NCBI GenBank assembly: GCA_038845975.1 | Contig: JAWBQF010000026.1 | Location: forward strand, 1-36,912 | DNA length: 36,912 nucleotides | Source: Candidatus Methanomethylicia archaeon | GTDB taxonomy: Archaea; Thermoproteota; Methanomethylicia; CALHIW01 | Direction: 5' to 3' | Part shown: positions 28,919 to 36,912 of the stretch, piece by piece | How positions within the stretch are numbered: position 1 is the stretch's first letter | Layout: each line of letters begins with the position of its first letter | The notes under the pieces: generated by a model | Told to the model about the DNA's origin: nothing | Databases searched by the model: none | What the model saw: only the letters and a program-made list of their open reading frames with translations | Translations under genes and position numbers: made by a program

Positions 28919-29695
28919 TACATTTTTAATTTTTATATTCTAATCCTACTGTTAGATACTAGTAAAATAATTGTAAGGTTAACTATGAAGTTATTGTAAA
29001 ATATTCAGATCTTATTTTTGATTTTGTGAGCTTATTGATGGTGAATAGAGCCTATTAGCTTCTTCCATATAATTGTCTCTTAACGTTAGATGTTCAAGTA
29101 GTAGTATTATTATGTATGCTATCTGTTAGATTCTGGAAATGTTGATGTATCCTCTCGTATTCTTTGAATGCTTTAGCCATACGAAAATCTTTCAACAGCC
29201 TCATTTCATACTCTTATAGATTTCCCTATTGAGTCTATATGGTCCTCAAAGTATTGGTTTACACTTGTTCTCTAGGTTGAAATTTATACTTCTCTTACCT
29301 CTCTATGCTTGAGGTAACTCTTACTCCTAGTATGCTAAGTCGCCTACAACTCTATAGCATGCTTAGCCTCCAAATCCCTGAAAGCATATAAAGTGGTTTA
29401 GGTCATACCCATTAACTAGCCTAGCCTGAATGCTTAACAGCATCACGTGATATAAGCGTATACCTCCCAACATCCTTGATATGCTTACATACATTATCTA
29501 ACTAGTCTCTCTTAGCCTTAATAGTTTACCATCAAAACAGTCCTATCTAGATCTATTCATAGTAAACACTATCTATTAAGGCCTAAATACATCAACCTAT
29601 ACCTCTAACGCTTCAATACTAAAACAATCCTATATGAGTCATACTTAAAACCATACGCATCAAGACAATAACATAAGAATACCATTGTCCACGGA

Positions 29696-30410
29696 GGCTT
29701 TGTTAACTTTAGATTTATTTGGGAGTTCACTCCCCTATTTATGGTGTGTTTATGGTTAAAGTTATCAAGTTTGTTAGGGAGAGAACCCCATTTACTCTAG
29801 TTGTTTATTGCTTATATATATTTTCGTTCTTCTAGAATGGCTTCGGATATTCTAAGCTTTATTATTTTAGGTTATGTATCTATATTATCGTGGTTTATCT
29901 TAATCTTCTATTGATAGGAGGGATGCTAGGATTATGGTTGATGATACTATTACTAGTGTAGGTTCTAAGAGTAAGATTGTTTATGTTGCATTCGAGCCAT
30001 TATTAAGAAGAATTCTATATGTATGGGTTTGTGATGCTGCAACATGCTTACATCTCTAACATTCCTTAAAAGATTAGAGCTATTTACGGTTCTAATATAG
30101 TTGTATTAAGTGATGGAGCTCATTATTATAAAGCATCATGTAGAATATTAAACTTAAAACATTGTATAGTTTAGAGGTTAGGAATCTAATGGAGAGAATA
30201 ATACAGTATATTAAGGATAGAACTAGATTATTTGATGATTATATACCGTGTGTGAAGGATAAATGCGGTAATGAGCATGCATTAATGCTTATGAAGTCAA
30301 TAGCATACATACTGAACAAACATGGATTAATAAGAAAATAAAAGCTAAGGAATTCATAGAAACACAATACCAAAATAGAGGTGATAAAACATGCTTAAGT
30401 TAACAAAGTT
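29696..30410 (+). mobile_element. IS6-family relic (type A), longest copy (715 bp)
   Basis: GGCTTTGTTAACTT...AAGTTAACAAAGTT ends. Fragments translate to VVLSDGAHYYKASCRILNLKH and RNLMERIIQYIKDRTRLFDDYIPC, with frameshifts. No TSD seen. Confidence 0.88.
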
Positions 30411-30591
30411 AGCAAACCTAAAGAAAAACTTAAATAGTTTCCAGATGAGCTCTTACATAAAATACAAGAAATGAGTACTAAGCTGCAAAAGCTAAAGCTC
30501 TAAATAATGCTAAACTTAGATAGTTGAAAGTTATAGTTTCACATCATTAGTTACACAATAATTTTATAAGTATAAATGGTTACTAATAGTA

Positions 30592-31095
30592 ATGATTATT
30601 AAGGAAATTCCTATTGTAAAATCTCCACGTTACTCAATTGAAAACATAAAGAAAATAGCTATTCTTTCTCTTGGAGTGGTAGATAAGGAAATTATTGATG
30701 AGAAACGAATACTGATTGAAGCTAGAATCTTTGTTTGCCCAACACAAGTAATAATAGAGGATCAAGATGGGATTTACGATGTAAAGATACAGTTCGTATG
30801 CATAACTGATAACTGTAACTTTAAAGATTTATGTGGTAGAATAATTGAGGAGAAAGCCTCTAAGTTTAAGAATATTCTCCCCCCTCCACCTCAAAAATCT
30901 AATGAGGATATAGAATCAGTAATAATTAAAATACTTAGAGATAAAGAAAAAAATATCAATGATATCCTAAATGAGCTAATGAAATATTCATTAAACTACT
31001 GTCCAGATACTTTAGTTCAGATTTTACTTAGAATGGAGAGAAATGGAAAGATAAAAAAGAAATTCTCTTTAGGAAAATATTTATGGTATATATAA
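30592..31095 (+). CDS. Hypothetical protein with probable C-terminal winged-helix domain
   Basis: Intact 167-aa ORF with a TATA-like TTTTATAA about 25 bp upstream and a wHTH-like tail (LVQILLRMERNGKIKK..GKYLWYI). Confidence 0.65.
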   Translation: MIIKEIPIVKSPRYSIENIKKIAILSLGVVDKEIIDEKRILIEARIFVCPTQVIIEDQDGIYDVKIQFVCITDNCNFKDLCGRIIEEKASKFKNILPPPPQKSNEDIESVIIKILRDKEKNINDILNELMKYSLNYCPDTLVQILLRMERNGKIKKKFSLGKYLWYI

Positions 31096-31371
31096 TTTGC
31101 CATGTTAACTTGGATATTCTTTCATCATTTCTCTTGTGGATTCTCATAATTTAATGTTCCCATAAACGATGACTACATAAACTTACTAAAGAGCATTAAG
31201 GCTTATATAATGTCTACAGCAATCAAATAGTTGCTCCGGCTTTATCAATTAAGTATGGATATATTCTGAATTTAAGAAATACTTTTTATCATGTTAGGAT
31301 TAGCGGAAAGGAACCATAATATGTTAATGGCTAGGTAAAGCTTATATGCTATGACGAATTAACCTCATAAT

Positions 31372-31617
31372 GTGTTTAAGTATATTTGCATGATCTGTAA
31401 ATTTGAGTTTGATACCGATTCATCAATATGTCCGATATGTCGATCTAAAAGCTTCATTTTAATATCTAAGAAGCCAGCATGTCGTGATTGTGTTTACCAT
31501 ACTATGCTACATATTAGTAATTCTGATTATAGTTACTGTACATTACTAGATATTCATGTAAGACCTGACAGAATGATATGCCAGAAATTCTCAAGAAAGC
31601 CAATAAACTATATGTAA
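31372..31617 (+). CDS. Small Cys-rich zinc-ribbon protein
   Basis: CMIC..CPIC, then CRDC..C..C. Confidence 0.65.
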   Translation: MFKYICMICKFEFDTDSSICPICRSKSFILISKKPACRDCVYHTMLHISNSDYSYCTLLDIHVRPDRMICQKFSRKPINYM

Positions 31618-31833
31618 TTACTATAATTATAAATACTCTAAATTGATAAAAACTTATTTAAATTTCTTATTTTACTCAACGCATTCATCTTTCTAAGCTA
31701 TATCTAGAGAATTAGTTTAATAGGCTGCAATAATGGTATCCTACCCATTAAATAATCCATATTTATTAATCATGCCAATATAGGATAAGACATCTCCCGC
31801 TTAAACATCTAGATTTAATAGGATACATGAATT

Positions 31834-32361
31834 GGCTTTGTTAATTTAAGCATGTTTATTACCTCTATTTTGGTATTGTGTTTCTATGAATTCCTTAGCT
31901 TTTATTTTCTTATTAATCCATGTTTGTTAGCTATGCTATTGACTTCATAAGAATTGATGTACGCTCATTATCACATTTATCCTTAAGGTATGTAGTTATC
32001 GAATAGCTTAATTCTATCCTAATATAATGTAAGTATGTTGCAACATCGCAAACCAATATGTAGAGAATTCTTCTCAATAGTGACTCGAATACGACATAAA
32101 CAATCCCCTCATAGGCTTATACTTATAATAGTATCATCAACTATAATCCTAACATCCCCTATCAAACCCAAACAGCTTAAAGATTAAACCACAATAATAT
32201 AAAACAACCTAAACAATAAAGCTTAAAATATCTGAAGCATTCTAGAAGAAAATATAAGCACCATAAACAACTAGAGTAAATGGAGTTCTCTCCTAACAAC
32301 TTTAACCATACTAACACCATAAATAAGGAAGAACCCAAATAAATCTAAAGTTAACAAAGCC
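31834..32361 (-). mobile_element. IS6-family relic (type A), internally deleted (528 bp), with 8-bp TSD
   Basis: GGCTTTGTTAATTT...AAGTTAACAAAGCC ends; CATGAATT at 31826-31833 and 32362-32369. Confidence 0.92.
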
Positions 32362-32417
32362 CATGAATTAAGCGATAAAGTTAAATAAAGTTCTATTTTG
32401 ATATTTTAGGTGGGAGA

Positions 32418-33662
32418 TTGCTGGAAGCATTTATTTCATCATTTCTAGCTAGTAAGGTTCTTAAAGATATTAGTTTTTCACATGATGTTAATATTCATTT
32501 GATAAGTACTGTGAATCCATCTCTTAATATTCGTGTCCCATTCTGTAGGTTTCAATGTCCCTTTTGTTTATTTGTGAATTATCCATATAATGAGGCTATT
32601 AGTGACCTATATGTAAAAGCGGTTAAACGGGAATTGAAGCTTTACTCAACATATATTAAGGAATCCACAATTGAAAACATTTATTTTAGTGGGGGGACTC
32701 CTTCGCTTATTTCAAATAGACTAGGTGATATTCTAAACTGTATTCATGAGTTGTTTGGGTTTATAGGTAATGTAGCTATTGAAGTAAATCCCCTAGATCT
32801 TAATGATGAAACACTAAGTAGACTAGTAAATACAGGTATAAATCAGATAAGTATTGGTATTCAGTCTTTTAATAGTGGTGTGCTAGAAGGTATAGGTAGA
32901 AAGTATAGTAGTGAAGTGGCCTTAAACGCTGTGAAAAAAGCTATGGATGGTGGATTTGACTATGTCAATATTGATTTAATGTTTCCATTACCAAATCAAA
33001 CCGTAAGCTCCCTACTTCAAGATCTTGAAATAGCTGTAAAGCTTGGTGTACATGGAATATCTACATATCCCCTTATGCTACTACCATATACGGAAATGTA
33101 TAAACAGCTTAAAGATAGGAGTGTAAATATAAAGAAAATGGAGAAGGAAATGTATATGTTGATACTGGATTATTTGATGAACGTTGGATATGATGTTCGT
33201 AGTATATGGAGCTTTACAGTAAAACCAGGTTTTTATAATGGTCCTTTTGAATATGATGAGTATTTAGGTATAGGTCCCTATGCATGGGGGATTATAGATA
33301 ATTCATTTATTATTAATACTCCTCTACTTGAGGAATACCTTGTAATGGTTAAGAAAAAAATCCCAATAGCTGCTTTAGCTAGATTTGAAGGGGAGAAATC
33401 GATGATTATTTGGCTTTCAAGAAGCCTCTATCATGGTAAGGCTAGTAAAACTGAGTTTTATAAACGGTTTAAGGTAGGTCTAGATAAAAAGTTTAAATGG
33501 TTAATTTACCTGATGCGTTTATCAGGACTAGCTGAATGGAATGCGGATTCTCTAAGATTAACTAGGAAGGGCTTACTCTATGGAAGCCTTACAACTAAAA
33601 AGATAGTAATAGGGTTACTTATGAAGATGCATAAAGCAACAGGATATTATCCACCATTATAG
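32418..33662 (+). CDS. HemN/coproporphyrinogen III oxidase-like radical SAM protein
   Basis: VPFCRFQCPFC (CxxxCxxC), FSGGTPS, IEVNP, ISIGIQSF and NIDLMF motifs. Confidence 0.88.
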   Translation: MLEAFISSFLASKVLKDISFSHDVNIHLISTVNPSLNIRVPFCRFQCPFCLFVNYPYNEAISDLYVKAVKRELKLYSTYIKESTIENIYFSGGTPSLISNRLGDILNCIHELFGFIGNVAIEVNPLDLNDETLSRLVNTGINQISIGIQSFNSGVLEGIGRKYSSEVALNAVKKAMDGGFDYVNIDLMFPLPNQTVSSLLQDLEIAVKLGVHGISTYPLMLLPYTEMYKQLKDRSVNIKKMEKEMYMLILDYLMNVGYDVRSIWSFTVKPGFYNGPFEYDEYLGIGPYAWGIIDNSFIINTPLLEEYLVMVKKKIPIAALARFEGEKSMIIWLSRSLYHGKASKTEFYKRFKVGLDKKFKWLIYLMRLSGLAEWNADSLRLTRKGLLYGSLTTKKIVIGLLMKMHKATGYYPPL

Positions 33663-34682
33663 CCTACGTTTTATACTCTCAATTCTCCTAGTAACCGTAT
33701 CCCCGCATTGACATGACTTATCAATAAGTCTAGTAATATCTCCAGTTCTATATCTAACTATAGGCATTCCCCTCCTACTAATAGATGTTAAGACAAGCTC
33801 CCCCTCCACCTCAGGCTCTAACGTTTCTCCCGTGTTTGGATCTATTATCTCAGCATATACATCCACTTCATTAAGATGCATTCCCTCATGTACTGCGCAC
33901 TCCATAGCTACAGTAAATCCCATTTCAGTAATGCCATAATGATCAAATACTTCACATCCCCATATATCCCTAAGCTCCCTCTTCATCAAATCGGTAAATG
34001 GATGAAAAACACATCCATGACATGTGATTACTGATTTCAATTTGAGCTCTTTAAGTATCGATGGAAAGTTCTCCTCACACCATTCACTAAAATAAAAGAT
34101 ATGGAGTGCAGGACCAATAAGTATTTGGGGTCTTAAACTTTTCAATGATTGAAGCTGAACTTCAAATTGTAATTCATCTACTACTACTCCTCTACCTCCA
34201 GCCTTTCTTACTGCCCCCTCCAAGATTTGTTGAATACCCCATTCAGCCTCTCTAGGAACTGCTATTTGAACGGTATCATTTCTATCTAGATTAGCTATTT
34301 TAAGCCCAAACATTGTAGCCTCCACTATACGTATCAATTCATCCTCAGTAAAGAATATCCTCCTTATTTCTCCATCAACATCTTCAACAGTAAATCCTCT
34401 TAGAATTTCGCTTTGGGATACACATAGAAATCTATAAGGATTCCCTGCTATATGACTTGGCAATGTAAAGGGAAGCTTAGAGAAATCCTTAAAATCCCTT
34501 ATTCTCTTAGGCCTAATACCGTACTTTCTATAGATTTCCCTATAGAATGGGCTTCTCTCATAAACATACTTAACAGTATCCCTCAACTTTAGAAGTAGAT
34601 ATCTCTCAAACTTCTCCCTACTTAATTTACCATTTCGAAAAACCTCTATTACGTTATTTTGAATCCATGGTATTAACGACAT
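33657..34682 (-). CDS. Phenylacetate-CoA ligase (PaaK/F390 synthetase)-like protein, short and with degenerate P-loop
   Basis: SPFYR, LPFT, HYGITEMG, EIIDP, GELVLTS and RYRTGD motifs. Confidence 0.8.
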   Translation of the reverse strand: MSLIPWIQNNVIEVFRNGKLSREKFERYLLLKLRDTVKYVYERSPFYREIYRKYGIRPKRIRDFKDFSKLPFTLPSHIAGNPYRFLCVSQSEILRGFTVEDVDGEIRRIFFTEDELIRIVEATMFGLKIANLDRNDTVQIAVPREAEWGIQQILEGAVRKAGGRGVVVDELQFEVQLQSLKSLRPQILIGPALHIFYFSEWCEENFPSILKELKLKSVITCHGCVFHPFTDLMKRELRDIWGCEVFDHYGITEMGFTVAMECAVHEGMHLNEVDVYAEIIDPNTGETLEPEVEGELVLTSISRRGMPIVRYRTGDITRLIDKSCQCGDTVTRRIESIKRRL

Positions 34683-34990
34683 GGTTTAAACACAATAGCT
34701 ATGTTTTCTTTTAAAGCCAATCCAGCTTCAACCTCTATACATTTCAGTATAGCTATTGGTATAATACATGAAGGATGAGGGATTATACTCCTTGAAAGCT
34801 TTAACACTAAATTATCATCAAACTTCTTAATACATTCCCTAATATCCACTTTACATAGTAGATCCCCAAGTAACTTAATATGTCTACATGAACTTTCAAT
34901 CTTTATATTAGCTTCATGGTCATTAATCATTAAAACCTCAATTAATGCTTTAAACCTGCAAGGACCTGGAAAAACATCAACAGCTACCAT
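34673..34990 (-). CDS. Small Cys-containing protein (DUF6951-like)
   Basis: PGPC.F, SSC.HI and HPSCIIP..KCIEVEAGLAL motifs; overlaps the PaaK-like start by 10 bp. Confidence 0.7.
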   Translation of the reverse strand: MVAVDVFPGPCRFKALIEVLMINDHEANIKIESSCRHIKLLGDLLCKVDIRECIKKFDDNLVLKLSRSIIPHPSCIIPIAILKCIEVEAGLALKENIAIVFKPCR

Positions 34991-35032
34991 ATGGATCAGT
35001 TATAATATAATATCATATAAAATCTTCTTATA

Positions 35033-35602
35033 CTAGGCTATTAATACTAATCCATATGAGGTAACTATATCTGATGTGGATGTATATACTTTAGATTTAT
35101 ATCCTGCCCTTTCTATAGTTGCCGATACATTTATACCCATGGACTCCATAGCTGGACGAGCTATTTCCGGATGTCTACACTTCCCCGGTTGAAGTGCGCA
35201 TTCACTACAGAGTAGACACGGTCCACCAGTCATTGCAAAAGCGAGCTGATACCCGGAGAGAAATATCCTTCTCTCTAATTCCGCAGCTATCTTCTGTAAT
35301 ATTACCATATCCTTAATTGAGTGAATACCTCCCTCAAAAACCCCTTTAGGTATTGCTGACGAAAAATGCACTGCAAAAAGCAATCCCAAATTATATTCAC
35401 TAATGATCTTTACAGTTTGCTCTGGAGAAGGGCTAAAGGGAGGACATGTAAGATAGTGTCCATAAAACGGGCAACCGTACTGACACTTAAGTCTTATTCT
35501 ATTTTCCACAACTATGCAATTAGTATCAATAATTTTTGCATCTATAGCACCGAGCTCCCTGGCTAACTCACAAAATCTAACAATACCTATAGAGGGCTCC
35601 AT
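35033..35602 (-). CDS. DUF2284 metal-binding protein
   Basis: KCQYGCPFYG..TCPP, GPCLLCSEC, CRHP..ARPAMESMGINV and YGLVLI motifs. Confidence 0.85.
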   Translation of the reverse strand: MEPSIGIVRFCELARELGAIDAKIIDTNCIVVENRIRLKCQYGCPFYGHYLTCPPFSPSPEQTVKIISEYNLGLLFAVHFSSAIPKGVFEGGIHSIKDMVILQKIAAELERRIFLSGYQLAFAMTGGPCLLCSECALQPGKCRHPEIARPAMESMGINVSATIERAGYKSKVYTSTSDIVTSYGLVLIA

Positions 35603-35856
35603 ACAATTACTTTTTCTTTTACCTTAAAAATTTTACCATGTTCTATGGCTTTACGAACTTAAGCGAAACCCTCTTACATACAAGTATCAATTTTAAAGCG
35701 GAGTTAATAATAGCTTAACAACAATACTAATCACTCCACTAAATAATATAATCCAATATACTATAAATCTAGGTAAATAGAACAATCTTAAAGCTAAAGT
35801 TTACAAGATATTATCTCTATACGTAAGGTTTAAATTTATTTTACTGCTTTTAACGT

Positions 35857-36513
35857 GTGGTCCCGGATATTAAGATTTTAAGTGTGATTAGAAGTCTTTG
35901 TGAAAAGAGGGCAGATAAGGTTCCTCCACTCTTCAATGAGTACCATGTACTTAAGACTTTACTAATACTTCAACAGCGATCCGCTAGTAGAGAGTTGCTA
36001 GCAAGGGAGTTACGTATTGGTGAGGGCTCTATACGAACATTAATTGGTAAGTTGAATAAGTATGGATTAATATCTACATGTAGAAGATATGGATGTTCAT
36101 TAACTGATTCTGGAAAACAGATCATTGATGAATTTAAAAAAATTGTACCAAAAGTAGTTCTTAATATTGATCTGAGGAAGTTACGCTTAGGCTATTTTAA
36201 TGCAGGATTATTAATAAGGGGCCTCCCAATTTATAATAAGTCAGGAACTATACTGCGAATTAGAGATCTTGTAATTCGGAATGGTGGTGATGCAGCTCTT
36301 ATTCTACAGGTAACAATAAATGGAGTTATTATTCCTCCAATGGGTGTTGATGATTCTGTATATGAGGATTTAAGAAGAATTAAGAAAGCTTTAAATCCAG
36401 ATCAAGATGATTTAATTATTATCTCGTTTGCTCAAACACTATATGCTGCTGAGAAATCACTGCTTATGACGTTAATTACATTCTTAAATGATAGCGTTAA
36501 AACTTATAAATAA
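35857..36513 (+). CDS. Winged-HTH protein (DUF4443-like), putative regulator
   Basis: SRELLARELRIGEGSIRTL, G.SLT..G and RDLVIRNGG.AALI motifs. Confidence 0.75.
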   Translation: MVPDIKILSVIRSLCEKRADKVPPLFNEYHVLKTLLILQQRSASRELLARELRIGEGSIRTLIGKLNKYGLISTCRRYGCSLTDSGKQIIDEFKKIVPKVVLNIDLRKLRLGYFNAGLLIRGLPIYNKSGTILRIRDLVIRNGGDAALILQVTINGVIIPPMGVDDSVYEDLRRIKKALNPDQDDLIIISFAQTLYAAEKSLLMTLITFLNDSVKTYK

Positions 36514-36545
36514 ACACTAATTATTTAGGTTCATCTCCATTAATC

Positions 36546-36912
36546 GGCTTTGTTAACTTAAGCATGTTTTATCACCTCTATTTTTGGTATTATGTTTTCT
36601 ATGAATTCCTTAGCTTTTATTTCCTGTTAATCCATGTTTCGTTCAGTATGTATGCTATTGATTTTATAAGCATTAATGCATGTTCACCATCACATCTATC
36701 CTTCATGCATGGTATGTAGTTATCGAATAGCTTAGTTCTATCCTTAATGTATTGTATTATTCTCTCCATTAGATTCTTAACTTCTAAACTATACAATTCA
36801 TGTTTTAATTTTAATATTCTACTGCTTTATAATAATGAGCCCCATCACTTAATACAACTATATTTGAACCATAAATAGCTCTAATCTTTTAAGGAATGTT
36901 AGGGATGTAAGT
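36546..36912 (-). mobile_element. IS6-family relic (type A), runs off the window end
   Basis: GGCTTTGTTAACTTAAGCATG start; reverse-complement match to about 30045-30410. Confidence 0.88.

Noticed and set aside
1-36912. CRISPR array or rRNA
   Set aside because: No regularly spaced short direct repeats or rRNA-like sequence seen; the repeats are dispersed IS relics.

Overview
AT-rich archaeal DNA with TATA-like boxes about 25-35 bp before start codons and GGTGA ribosome-binding sites. Gene content fits an anaerobic Thermoproteota lineage such as Methanomethylicia, Culexarchaeia or Nezhaarchaeales; this is an inference only. The main theme is corrinoid-dependent methyl transfer. A divergent five-gene module at 23615-28918 encodes an MtrH-family methyltransferase, a 79-aa unknown protein and an MtaA/CmuA-family methyltransferase on one side, and a corrinoid protein and an ASKHA/RACo activator on the other. 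A second MtaA-like gene, a second activator, a DUF2148 protein, an aldehyde:ferredoxin oxidoreductase with its ferredoxin and several Cys-rich unknowns lie elsewhere in the window. Other genes are an Lhr helicase, thioredoxin, PPDK, a HemN-like radical SAM protein and a PaaK-like protein. Intergenic DNA holds many decayed mobile elements: six copies of one IS6-family relic (14-bp TIRs, one perfect 8-bp TSD), a second IS6 relic, and a decaying, more GC-rich island with a tyrosine-integrase remnant and a tRNA 3'-end fragment. A perfect 53-bp inverted repeat brackets a flavin-binding gene. All family calls come from motif recognition by eye; no database search was run.
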